From the NCBI GenBank assembly GCA_950097015.1, contig CATNEN010000002.1, positions 7,192,001 to 7,256,000 of the forward strand: a DNA stretch of 64,000 nt, written 5' to 3'. The DNA comes from Macrostomum hystrix (taxonomy: Eukaryota > Animalia > Platyhelminthes). Below the pieces are notes generated by a model. That model worked only from the letters and a program-made list of their open reading frames with translations, was not told where the DNA came from and did not search any database. The translations under genes were made by a program, and so were the position numbers. This document shows, one piece after another, positions 37,790 through 50,941 of the stretch (position 1 is its first letter; every line of letters begins with the position of its first letter).

Positions 37790-40700
37790 TTAGCCAAGAT
37801 TCAAACTCAGGTTTCGCCATGTTTTAAACCCTGGTGGGCTATGATTCAAACTCTCGTTTTGCCATGATTCAAACTCTGGTTTAGCCATGATTCAGACGCT
37901 GGTTTAGCCATGATTCAGACGCTGGTTTAGCCATGATTCAGACTCTGGTTTAGCCATGATACAGACTCTGGTTTAGCCATGATTCAAACTCTGGTTTAGC
38001 CATGATTCAAACTCTGGTTTAGCCATGATTCAGACGCTGGTTTAGCCATGATTCAGACTCTGGTTAAGCCATGATTCAGACTCTGGTTTAGCCATGATTC
38101 AAACTCTGGTTTAGCCATGATTCAGACTCTGGTTTAGCCATGATTCAGACGCTGGTTTAGCCATGATTCAGACTCTGGTTTAGCCATGATTCAGACTCTG
38201 GTTTAGCCATGATTCAGATTCTGGTTTAGCCATGATTCAAACTCTGGTTTAGCCATGATTCAGACTCTGGTTTAGCCATGATTCAGACTATGGTTTAGCC
38301 ATGATTCAGACTCCAGTTTTGCCATGATTCAGACTCTGGTTTAGCCATGATTCAGACTATGGTTTAGCCATGATTCAGACTCCAGTTTTGCCATGATTCA
38401 GACTCTGGTTTAGCCATGATTCAGACTCTGGTTTAGCCATGATTCAGACTCTGGTTAAGCCATGATTCAGACTCTGGTTTAGCCATGATTTAAATTCTGG
38501 TTTAGCCATGATTCAGACTCTGGTTTAGCCATGATTCAAACTCTGGTTTAGCCATGATTCAAACTCTGGTTTAGCCATGATTCAGACGCTGGTTTAGCCA
38601 TGATTCAGACTCTGGTTAAGCCATGATTCAGACTCTGGTTTAGCCATGATTCAGACTCTGGTTTAGCCATGATTCAAACTCTGGTTTAGCCATGATTCAA
38701 ACTCTGGTTTAGCCATGATTCAGACGCTGGTTTAGCCATGATTCAGACTCTAGTTTAGCCATGATTCAGACTATGGTTTAGCCATGATTCAGACTCCAGT
38801 TTTGCCATGATTCAGACTCTGGTTTAGCCATGATTCAGACTCTGGTTTAGCCATGATTCAGACTCTGGTTAAGCCATGATTCAGACTCTGGTTTAGCCAT
38901 GATTCAAACTCTGGTTTAGCCATGATTCAAACTCTGGTTTAGCCATGATTCAAACTCTGGTTTAGCCATGATTCAAACTCTGGTTTAGCCATGATTCAGA
39001 CGCTGGTTTAGCCATGATTCAGACTCTAGTTTAGCCATGATTCAGACTATGGTTTAGCCATGATTCAGACTCCAGTTTTGCCATGATTCAGACTCTGGTT
39101 TAGCCATGATTCAGACTCTGGTTTAGCCATGATTCAGACTCTGGTTAAGCCATGATTCAGACTCTGGTTTAGCCATGATTTAAATTCTGGTTTAGCAATG
39201 ATTCAGACTCTGGTTTAGCCATGATTCAAACTCTGGTTAAGCCATGATTCAAACTCTGGTTTAGCCATGATTCAAACTCTGGTTTAGCCATGATTCAGAC
39301 GCTGGTTTAGCCATGATTCAGACTCTGGTTTAGCCATGATTCAGACTCTGGTTTAGCCATGATTCAGACTCTGGTTTAGCCATGATTCAAACTCTGGTTA
39401 AGCCATGATTCAAACTCTGGTTTAGCCATGATTCAGACGCTGGTTTAGCCATGATTCAGACTCTAGTTTAGCCATGATTCAGACTCTGGTTTAGCCATGA
39501 TTCAGACTCTAGTTTAGCCATGATTCAGACTCTGGTTTAGCCATGATTCAGACTCTAGTTTAGCCATGATTCAGACTCTGGTTTAGCCATGATTCAGACT
39601 CTAGTTTAGCCATGATTCAGACTCTGGTTTAGCCATGATTCAGACTCTGGTTTAGCCATGATTCAGACTCTGGTTTAGCCATGATTCAGACTCTGGTTTA
39701 GCCATGATTCAAACTCTGGTTTAGCCATGATTCAAACTCTGGTTTAGCCATGATTCAGACGCTGGTTTAGCCATGATTCAGACTCTAGTTTAGCCATGAT
39801 TCAGACTATGGTTTAGCCATGATTCAGACTCCAGTTTTGCCATGATTCAGACTCTGGTTTAGCCATGATTCAGACTCTGGTTTAGCCATGATTCAGACTC
39901 TGGTTAAGCCATGATTCAGACTCTGGTTTAGCCATGATTCAAACTCTGGTTAAGCCATGATTCAAACTCTGGTTTAGCCATGATTCAAACTCTGGTTAAG
40001 CCATGATTCAAACTCTGGTTTAGCCATGATTCAGACGCTGGTTTAGCCATGATTCAGACTCTAGTTTAGCCATGATTCAGACTATGGTTTAGCCATGATT
40101 CAGACTCCAGTTTTGCCATGATTCAGACTCTGGTTTAGCCATGATTCAGACTCTGGTTTAGCCATGATTCAGACTCTGGTTAAGCCATGATTCAGACTCT
40201 GGTTTAGCCATGATTTAAATTCTGGTTTAGCAATGATTCAGACTCTGGTTTAGCCATGATTCAAACTCTGGTTAAGCCATGATTCAAACTCTGGTTTAGC
40301 CATGATTCAAACTCTGGTTTAGCCATGATTCAGACGCTGGTTTAGCCATGATTCAGACTCTGGTTTAGCCATGATTCAGACTCTGGTTTAGCCATGATTC
40401 AGACTCTGGTTTAGCCATGATTCAAACTCTGGTTAAGCCATGATTCAAACTCTGGTTTAGCCATGATTCAGACGCTGGTTTAGCCATGATTCAGACTCTA
40501 GTTTAGCCATGATTCAGACTCTGGTTTAGCCATGATTCAGACTCTAGTTTAGCCATGATTCAGACTCTGGTTTAGCCATGATTCAGACTCTAGTTTAGCC
40601 ATGATTCAGACTCTGGTTTAGCCATGATTCAGACTCTAGTTTAGCCATGATTCAGACTCTGGTTTAGCCATGATTCAGACTCTGGTTTAGCCATGATTCA

Positions 40701-41755
40701 GACTCTGGTTTAGCCATGATTCAGACTCTGGTTTAGCCATGATTCAAACTCTGGTTTAGCCATGATTCAAACTCTGGTTTAGCCATGATTCAGACGCTGG
40801 TTTAGCCATGATTCAGACTCTAGTTTAGCCATGATTCAGACTATGGTTTAGCCATGATTCAGACTCCAGTTTTGCCATGATTCAGACTCTGGTTTAGCCA
40901 TGATTCAGACTCTGGTTTAGCCATGATTCAGACTCTGGTTAAGCCATGATTCAGACTCTGGTTTAGCCATGATTCAAACTCTGGTTAAGCCATGATTCAA
41001 ACTCTGGTTTAGCCATGATTCAAACTCTGGTTTGCCATGATTCAAACTCTGGTTTAGCCATGATTCAGACGCTGGTTTAGCCATGATTCAGACTCTAGTT
41101 TAGCCATGATTCAGACTATGGTTTAGCCATGATTCAGACTCCAGTTTTGCCATGATTCAGACTCTGGTTTAGCCATGATTCAGACTCTGGTTTAGCCATG
41201 ATTCAGACTCTGGTTAAGCCATGATTCAGACTCTGGTTTAGCCATGATTTAAATTCTGGTTTAGCAATGATTCAGACTCTGGTTTAGCCATGATTCAAAC
41301 TCTGGTTAAGCCATGATTCAAACTCTGGTTTAGCCATGATTCAAACTCTGGTTTAGCCATGATTCAGACGCTGGTTTAGCCATGATTCAGACTCTGGTTT
41401 AGCCATGATTCAGACTCTGGTTTAGCCATGATTCAGACTCTGGTTTAGCCATGATTCAAACTCTGGTTAAGCCATGATTCAAACTCTGGTTTAGCCATGA
41501 TTCAGACGCTGGTTTAGCCATGATTCAGACTCTAGTTTAGCCATGATTCAGACTCTGGTTTAGCCATGATTCAGACTCTAGTTTAGCCATGATTCAGACT
41601 CTGGTTTAGCCATGATTCAGACTCTAGTTTAGCCATGATTCAGACTCTGGTTTAGCCATGATTCAGACTCCAGTTTAGCCATGATTCAGACGCTGGTTTA
41701 GCCATGATTCAAGCTCTATTTTTGCCATGATTCAAATTCAGGTTTGCTATGATTT
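37790..41755. repeat. 23-bp satellite I block of B2 with ~1035-bp (45-monomer) higher-order repeat
   Basis: Marker TAAATTCTGG at 39181, 40216, 41250. Confidence 0.95.
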
Positions 41756-42337
41756 ATGATATTTTATTTACGAAATGAAAAAATAAATTAAAATAATCTT
41801 CAATCACTACTGGCTGAAAATTAGTCTAAATGATTTGACGCAGTGCAGAATCGAACCCTAGCCTAGCCTAACCTATTCCTAGTGCCTACACATCGGCTAT
41901 TCCGACTGTTGGTTAGTGGGTGCAAAAATCAGCCTTATAAAATGAATTCTCAAAGTTCTGGCTTTGTACAATGAAGTAAGAAAATAGAGTACACTCAGTC
42001 TCGCGGTTGGTTGTGTACATTTATTTCCAATTTGTCTCCAGAGTGCAGGCTTCAAATTCAATCAGCTAGGGGTTGTTGCGCAATTTGACGATGCAATTCT
42101 AATTCAGTGGCTGTCAATGAAATTCTCAATAGGCCAAGATGGTTTGACCTTTGAAAAAATCATGTTTTTCGAATATTTAATCCCTTTAGCAATAAAGTTA
42201 AGCTTAATAAAAATACGTGTAAAATTCTGCCCATATTTGGCATATTTTGGTAAAGAAATGGTGAAAATCGGTTGAGCCGTTTGGGAGAAAATCAATTACA
42301 AGCAACCAAGCAAGCATTTCATTTTTAGTATATTAGA

Positions 42338-45300
42338 AGCAAGCAAGATTTTCATTTTTAGTATATTAGATATAGACTAGCTGCCTTCGCTACCCTCTGG
42401 GTAGCCTCCCTGTGAGTTCTTATCAGTACGTCAGTACGCGCGTGCGTTATCAAAACTGGCTCTGATGCAATCATTAAAATTGGCACTGGAGGCCTCACTG
42501 TGCACAAGCTGTAAACAAGAATGCATTAGAAAAGCCTATTTAAAGCTGTTTTTCGAATATTTAATCCCCTTGCCAATGGAATTAAGCTTAATAAAAATAC
42601 GTGTACCGATTCCGGCCCATTTGTGATCTTTTGGCGAAGGAATTGCGAAAATCGGTTGAGCCGTTCGGGAGCTAGTCGATTGCAAACATACAAGCAAGCA
42701 AGATTTTCATTTTTAGTATATTAGATTCATTTTTAGTATATAGATCATTTTTAGTATATAGAAGACTAGCTGCCTTCGCTACCCTCTGGGTAGCCTCCCT
42801 GTGAGTTCTTATCAGTTCGTTATCAAAACTGGCTCTGATGCAATCATTAAAATTGGCACTGGAGCCTCACTGTGCACAAGCTGAAAACAAGAATGCATTA
42901 GAAAAGCCTATTTAAAACAGTTTTTCGAATATTTAATCCCCTTGGCAATGGAATTAAGCTTAATAAAAATACGTGTACCGATTCCAGCCCAATTGCGATC
43001 TTTTAGTGAAGGAATTTTGAAAATCGGTTGAGCCGTTCGGGAGCTAGTCGATTGCAAACAAACATACAAACATACAAACATACAAGATTTTCATTTTTAG
43101 TATATTAGAAGACTAGCTGCCTTCGCTACCCTCTGGGTAGCCTCACTGGAGTTCTTATCAGTGCGTTATCAAAATTGGCTCCGATGCAATCATTAAAATT
43201 GGCACTGGAGGCCTCACTGTGCACAAGCTGAAAACAAGAATGCATTAGAAAAGCCTATTTAAAACTGTTTTTCGAATATTTAATCCCCTTGCCAATGGAA
43301 TTAAGCTTAATAAAAATACGTGTACCGATTCCGGCCCATTTGTGATCTTTTGGCGAAGGAATTTTGAAAATCGGTTGAGCCGTTCGGGAGCTAGTCGATT
43401 GCAAACAAACATACAAGATTTTCATTTTTAGTATATTAGACTAGCTGCCTTCGCTACCCTCTGGGTAGCCTCCCTGTGAGTTCTTATCAGTACGCGCGTG
43501 CGTTATCAAAACTGGCTCTGATGCAATCATTAAAATTGGCACTGGAGGCCTCACTGTGCACAAGCTGAAAACAAGAATGCATTAGAAAAGCCTATTTAAA
43601 ACAGTTTTTCGAATATTTAATCCCCTTGGCAATGGAATTAAGCTTAATAAAAATACGTGTACCGATTCCGGCCCATTTGTGATCTTTTGGCGAAGGAATT
43701 GCGAAAATCGGTTGAGCCGTTCGGGAGCTAGTCGATTGCAAACATACAAACATACAAACATACAAACAAGATTTTCATTTTTAGTATATTAGAAGATAGA
43801 CTAGCTGCCTTCGCTACCCTCTGGGTAGCCTCGCTTGAGTTCTTATCAGTTCGTTATCAAAACTGGCTCTGATGCAATCATTAAAATTGGCACTGGAGCC
43901 TCACTGTGCACAAGCTGAAAACAAGAATGCATTAGAAAAGCCTATTTAAAACAGTTTTTCGAATATTTAATCCCCTTGGCAATGAAATTAAGCTTAATAA
44001 AAATACGTGTACCGATTCCGGCCCATTTGTGATCTTTTGGCGAAGGAATTGTGAAAATCGGTTGAGCCGTTCGGGAGCTAGTCGATTGCAAACATACAAG
44101 ATTTTCATTTTTAGTATAATAGATATAGACTAGCTGCCTTCGCTACCCTCTGGGTAGCCTCCCTGTGAGTTCTTATCAGTACGTCAGTACGCGCGTGCGT
44201 TATCAAAACTGGCTCTGATGCAATCATTAAAATTGGCACTGGAGGCCTCACTGTGCACAAGCTGTAAACAAGAATGCATTAGAAAAGCCTATTTAAAGCT
44301 GTTTTTCGAATATTTAATCCCCTTGCCAATGGAATTAAGCTTAATAAAAATACGTGTACCGATTCCGGCCCATTTGTGATCTTTTGGCGAAGGAATTGCG
44401 AAAATCGGTTGAGCCGTTCGGGAGCTAGTCGATTGCAAACATACAAGCAAGCAAGATTTTCATTTTTAGTATATTAAGAAAGACTAGCTGCCTTCGCTAC
44501 CCTCTGGGTAGCCTCCCTGTGAGTTCTTATCAGTGCGTTATCAAAACTGGCTCTGATGCAATCATTAAATTTGGCACTGGAGGCCTCACTGTGCACAAGC
44601 TGAAAACAAGAATGCATTAGAAAAGCCTATTTAAAACTGTTTTTCGAATATTTAATCCCCTTGCCAATGGAATTAAGCTTAATAAAATTACGTGTACCGA
44701 TTCCGGCCCATTTGCGATCTTTTAGTGAAAGAATTTTGAAAATCGGTTGAGCCGTTCGGGAGCTAGTCGATTGCAAACAAGCAAGCAAGATTTTCATTTT
44801 TAGTATATTAGAAGATATAGACTAGCTGCCTTCGCTACCCTCTGGGTAGCCTCCCTGTGAGTTCTTATCAGTACGTCAGTACGCGCGTGCGTTATCAAAA
44901 CTGGCTCTGATGCAATCATTAAAATTGGCACTGGAGGCCTCACTGTGCACAAGCTGTAAACAAGAATGCATTAGAAAAGCCTATTTAAAGCTGTTTTTCG
45001 AATATTTAATCCCCTTGCCAATGGAATTAAGCTTAATAAAAATACGTGTACCGATTCCGGCCCATTTGTGATCTTTTGGCGAAGGAATTGCGAAAATCGG
45101 TTGAGCCGTTCGGGAGCTAGTCGATTGCAAACATACAAGCAAGCAAGATTTTCATTTTTAGTATATTAAGAAAGACTAGCTGCCTTCGCTACCCTCTGGG
45201 TAGCCTCCCTGTGAGTTCTTATCAGTGCGTTATCAAAACTGGCTCTGATGCAATCATTAAATTTGGCACTGGAGGCCTCACTGTGCACAAGCTGAAAACA

Positions 45301-46165
45301 AGAATGCATTAGAAAAGCCTATTTAAAACTGTTTTTCGAATATTTAATCCCCTTGCCAATGGAATTAAGCTTAATAAAATTACGTGTACCGATTCCGGCC
45401 CATTTGCGATCTTTTAGTGAAAGAATTTTGAAAATCGGTTGAGCCGTTCGGGAGCTAGTCGATTGCAAACAAGCAAGCAAGATTTTCATTTTTAGTATAT
45501 TAGACTAGCTGCCTTCGCTACCCTCTGGGTAGCCTCACTGGAGTTCTTATCAGTGCGTTATCAAAATTGGCTCCGATGCAATCATTAAAATTGGCACTGG
45601 AGGCCTCACTGTGCACAAGCTGAAAACAAGAATGCATTAGAAAAGCCTATTTAAAACTGTTTTTTCGAATATTTAATCCCCTTGCCAATGGAATTAAGCT
45701 TAATAAAAATACGTGTACCGATTCCGGCCCATTTGTGATCTTTTGGCGAAGGAATTTTGAAAATCGGTTGAGCCGTTCGGGAGCTAGTCGATTGCAAACA
45801 AACATACAAGATTTTCATTTTTAGTATATTAGACTAGCTGCCTTCGCTACCCTCTGGGTAGCCTCGCTTGAGTTCTTATCAGTTCGTTATCAAAACTGGC
45901 TCTGATGCAATCATTAAAATTGGCACTGGAGCCTCACTGTGCACAAGCTGAAAACAAGAATGCATTAGAAAAGCCTATTTAAAACAGTTTTTCGAATATT
46001 TAATCCCCTTGGCAATGAAATTAAGCTTAATAAAAATACGTGTACCGATTCCGGCCCATTTGTGATCTTTTGGCGAAGGAATTGTGAAAATCGGTTGAGC
46101 CGTTCGGGAGCTAGTCGATTGCAAACAAACATACAAGATTTTCATTTTTAGTATATTAGATTAGA
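42338..46165 (-). mobile_element. Tandem Helitron A units (eleven), ending the concatemer at an A|TC target junction
   Basis: CTAG junctions every ~330-390 bp; outermost end reads GAGCAA|TCTAATCTAATATAC on the minus strand. Confidence 0.85.
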
Positions 46166-46180
46166 TTGCTCCAGGTTCGC

Positions 46181-48077
46181 TCACTGTCCACTCAGCTTCA
46201 GTATTTTTCTATCGTGCGCTTTATCAGGCGAAGGAGCGCTCTTTGTTCCTCGTTGAACATAACCCTTGAAGAAACAGTTGGTGAGGCGCACGCAGCATCC
46301 CAGAACATCTGCTTCAGGGAAGTAAAACTCGCCAACGGCAGCAAACAATTTCCGCACTCGCAAAGCACATGACGGTGATCGCAGCGAAATGAAGCATCCG
46401 AAACAGAGGCAAGCAAAATTGAACAGCCACTTTGGCGGGTGCTTCAACTTTCCCCGGGAAATCATTTCAGTGAATTCACAGAGTGAGGTGTTTAAATTAT
46501 CGGCAGGATCTTCACCGGCAATTTTCTCCTTAAACGTTATGTAGCCTGAAATGTTATTATTATGCCTCAGTTTTCACCTCAGCAATCGTTATTTCCATCC
46601 AAGTTTAAGTAACACAAAGGCAGCAACGTTGTCGCAGAAAACTTGAAGAGCTAAATTGACTTTAGTCTTTTGGACATTTGTTGGGAAACACGCTTCGTAT
46701 GTAATGCCTGTACGCTTAACAATGTGATACGCTTCAGATTTATACAGCTCTACAATGTCTAACCACTTAGCCGTGACGACCGTTGTAGACTCAGGCAAAC
46801 GAATGGTTAGCATTCCATCAGACTCAGACTGCCAATTGTTCCGAATTGACTTTACAAGGTGCACAACATCATGGAGCAAAAAGAAAGTAGAATCCTGTGA
46901 TTCAGATTTGCCGATCCAAGGTTTCGTCTGTTGAGCAGAAAACATCGAGAAGCACTTTCTGTTTGTGGGATGGTTGTCACACACAAGCGCCACAACGAGG
47001 CCTCCATGTTGATTGACGAGTTGAATGCATTTTCGAAGCTGGTGGTACAAATAGTCGGCAGAAAGAAGAAAAATCGGTAGCAGCCTTAGAACAAATGGCT
47101 TACCGCCGAACAATGGCTTCAACATTATTGCGAGCACTGTTCGAGCAGTTTTGTTATGATTGTCTGACGCTTGGCCGAGCAGATGTTGGCACCGATAGCG
47201 AATTGATGGCTGGACATACATTTAATCGAAAATCAACACACAATACTTCTGCTGTGGTTTCAGTTTAGCAAATGTGACCTTTACGATCTCGTTTGCATCA
47301 TTTTCAGTGCCAATCTCTCCTAGACCAGCCAACTGAGTGCGTAATGTGCGTTGGTGGGGCAAAGGAAGGAGCGTCTGTGCATGTGCGTATGCAGAACTGC
47401 TAATCAGGTAAAGCAAAGCAGATTGGCGCATAGTGGCAATGTCGTATCGTCGATTGTTTGGGTGCGTTGTGGCGAACTCGAGTAGCTTCAGGATAAATGT
47501 AACCGATGTGTCCGGTACAACTCCACCGTGGTTAAAGGCAATAGAAACGTTCTTAGATAATGCCCTCACCTCACTTTCGACGTCCACTGTAGAGTTTTTA
47601 CAACGATTTATGATAGCTTCAAGTTGCGACCAATACTTTAATGTTGGTTGAAATCCAAGCAGATCTCGAACCGCAACTGGTGAATGTAACCGAAAGCATC
47701 GTACGGAATAGTTTGGTGAAACGAAAACTCGCAGAACCATTTCGGCATTGGCGCTTAACGAGAAGATAAACACCTCCTCTTGAACAATGGTAACAATAAG
47801 CTGATGTGCTTTGATGACGTCTGAACAGTGAATGGATGCTCGGAATTCAGTCCACGATGGCAGCGTGTCACGCTCTCGAAATTCTACTAGTTCATCTTGG
47901 AAAAGGCATCGTTCGGACAACAGCACGCCTCTTCCCTCAGCCTGTCGACTGGCACGCACTGCAATATCCAAGCGCGCATCTTAGTGGTTCGTTTCGACCC
48001 TTTTCGACTGTAACATTCCGATCACGGTTACTATTGTAGTTTGAACAACAGAAAATAACGCTGCATTTTCTCGGCAT
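46181..48077 (-). pseudogene. P-element/THAP9-like transposase pseudogene
   Basis: THAP start MPRKCSVIFCCSNY at 48077; LPLPHQRTL; YCVLIFD*MYV (E codon to TAA at 47222-47224); VCDNHPTN; HDVVHLVKSIRNNW; QKTKVNLALQVF; C-terminal ISGYI...SRGKLKHP...NCFFKGY; internal deletions. Confidence 0.85.
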
Positions 48078-48970
48078 GATATTTAGTTTCAGCTAGCAAG
48101 AATAAAAGTTCTCTCTCTCAATTGCAAGTGCATGCGAAGAACTCAATTTTCAGCTCAGATTTCTTCGCTTTCGTAGCTTTGGATGGGCCATAGAACAATG
48201 CTTTTAAACGAGCCTCATACTTTTTTCGCCATGAATTGGCTCGTTTCCGGTCCTGAGTTATTAAGTTGTCCTTGTCTACAGCGCTTCTCTGGAAGCCAGG
48301 ACAAGTAAAATTTTTTAACGAGATATTTGTCTATGGTACAAAGTGGGGGCTTCGCCCCAACACCCCTTCTTATGTGGGCATCGCCCCACACCCAGATTTC
48401 ACCCACGCTCCTTGCTTTTTGTCTATGGTAAACAGCGTCTATAATACAACATGGAGTCCGGAATTTTCGACATTGATGCCCAGAATATTTCTTCACCATG
48501 ACAATGATATAAACATTGCTTTTTGCAGGCATCGATGTAGAATTTTGAGGGCGCGTAAAACGAGGCGCATATCGCGCCTCGTATAATTCGCGTCAAATTT
48601 GTTTTTCTACTTTCTGCTCAGTAGCAATGAGTGAAACATTTCATTATACTCGCGAAAAAGTCAATTCGAGTTGCGACAGACGCAACTGTGGGCTGTACAA
48701 AATTGATTTAAGACAGTTTATTCAGACAGCCATTAAAAGAGGCCAAGTATATAATTTTATAACTATTCATTTGAACATGATTACACCATTCATTCATCAC
48801 ACCAAAACCAGTTATTCGATGGCTTTGTGAACTTTAATGAACTTTAGACTTAAGGGAGTCTAATCAGTAGTCAATACATTGGCCAGCAAAGCGAGACCAA
48901 ATAGTGAGTTGAAAATTTCAATACACTTGCGCGAGCTCTGCGCTGTCGCCATCCAAGGATGGAAATCCAG

Positions 48971-49165
48971 CACAGGTTTCCTAGAGACGACACCGTGGCG
49001 AAGGGCTGACAGCAGCTACTGGATCTTGATGTGGACATGCAGTTTACAATCCGATCACGAGGCCTGCGTGTGTGTAACCAACACTTTACGGACGAGGCCT
49101 ACAACTGCCCTTTAAGCGCCACGAAGAAGGCACTATTCTTCGGTGGGACGCAATGCCCCACAGAG
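48971..49165 (+). pseudogene. THAP zinc-finger domain remnant
   Basis: Hand translation HRFPRDDTVAKG*QQLL...GLRVCNQHFTDEAY, then LRWDAMP (AVPT-like) in a shifted frame; the conserved Trp position is TGA at 49007-49009. Confidence 0.75.
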
Positions 49166-49598
49166 AACTGATCGCATGCTGGAGCTGATCGTCTTGATCG
49201 CATAGATAAGCTGCCCTCTGTGCAAAGGACAGATGAGGAGGCGGACAACCCGGTTCTGGAGCCGATTAGCGACCTGCCTGCTGCTGAACCAACCGCAGAG
49301 CACAGTTTTAGCCGCTGAAAACTCACCTCTTACCTCTCAGCCGGTCTGCAGCAGCGATCCCGAAAACGACAAGCCAAGATCACGAGGTTGCAGTAAAAAG
49401 TTTTGAGCATCAAATCGACTGCGAGGCCGTCGTGCATCCATTTAGAGGAGCATGAGCCTGTGAATGAGCTAGACTCAGTCTGCATGTGGCATGATATTAA
49501 GTATATGGATTTTCCAGAGGAGAAAAATCGCTGGGATAAAGAAATGCTCAGAATGCTAGATAATATAGGGGCTTCAAGTGGGTGGAAGGAGTCGCTCG

Positions 49599-50941
49599 CG
49601 CGGAAGCTAGTTAAATCTGTTATAATCACGGAAGCTAGTTAAATCTGTTATAATCGCGGAAGCTAGTTAAATCTGTTATAATCACGGAAGCTAGTTAAAT
49701 CTGTTATAATCACGGAAGCTAGTTAAATCTGTTATAATCACGGAAGCTAGTTAAATCTGTTATAATCACGGAAGCTAGTTAAATCTGTTATAATCACGGA
49801 AGCTAGTTAAATCTGTTATAATCACGGAAGCTAGTTAAATCTGTTATAATCACGGAAGCTAGTTAAATCTGTTATAATCACGGAAGCTAGTTAAATCTGT
49901 TATAATCACGGAAGCTAGTTAAATCTGTTATAATCACGGAAGCTAGTTAAATCTGTTATAATCACGGAAGCTAGTTAAATCTGTTATAATCACGGAAGCT
50001 AGTTAAATCTGTTATAATCACGGAAGCTAGTTAAATCTGTTATAATCACGGAAGCTAGTTAAATCTGTTATAATCACGGAAGCTAGTTAAATCTGTTATA
50101 ATCACGGAAGCTAGTTAAATCTGTTATAATCGCGGAAGCTAGTTAAATCTGTTATAATCACGGAAGCTAGTTAAATCTGTTATAATCACGGAAGCTAGTT
50201 AAATCTGTTATAATCACGGAAGCTAGTTAAATCTGTTATAATCACGGAAGCTAGTTAAATCTGTTATAATCGCGGAAGCTAGTTAAATCTGTTATAATCA
50301 CGGAAGCTAGTTAAATCTGTTATAATCACGGAAGCTAGTTAAATCTGTTATAATCACGGAAGCTAGTTAAATCTGTTATAATCACGGAAGCTAGTTAAAT
50401 CTGTTATAATCACGGAAGCTAGTTAAATCTGTTATAATCACGGAAGCTAGTTAAATCTGTTATAATCGCGGAAGCTAGTTAAATCTGTTATAATCACGGA
50501 AGCTAGTTAAATCTGTTATAATCACGGAAGCTAGTTAAATCTGTTATAATCACGGAAGCTAGTTAAATCTGTTATAATCACGGAAGCTAGTTAAATCTGT
50601 TATAATCACGGAAGCTAGTTAAATCTGTTATAATCACGGAAGCTAGTTAAATCTGTTATAATCACGGAAGCTAGTTAAATCTGTTATAATCACGGAAGCT
50701 AGTTAAATCTGTTATAATCACGGAAGCTAGTTAAATCTGTTATAATCACGGAAGCTAGTTAAATCTGTTATAATCACGGAAGCTAGTTAAATCTGTTATA
50801 ATCACGGAAGCTAGTTAAATCTGTTATAATCGCGGAAGCTAGTTAAAGCTGTTATAATCACGGAAGCTAGTTAAATCTGTTATAATCACGGAAGCTAGTT
50901 AAATCTGTTATAATCGCGGAAGCTAGTTAAAGCTGTTATAT
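49599..50941. repeat. 28-bp satellite (CGGAAGCTAGTTAAATCTGTTATAATCA)n, ~48 near-identical copies
   Basis: Directly visible; variation essentially limited to CAC/CGC and two TCT/GCT changes at the right end. Confidence 0.97.

Larger units (their letters stand above)
36081..42337 (-). mobile_element. Helitron-like element B2 (paralog of B1 without the CACTA insertion)
   Basis: Same 3' hairpin+CTAG, 18-mer block, 23-mer block, tRNA-like segment and 5' TC terminus as B1. Confidence 0.82.
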
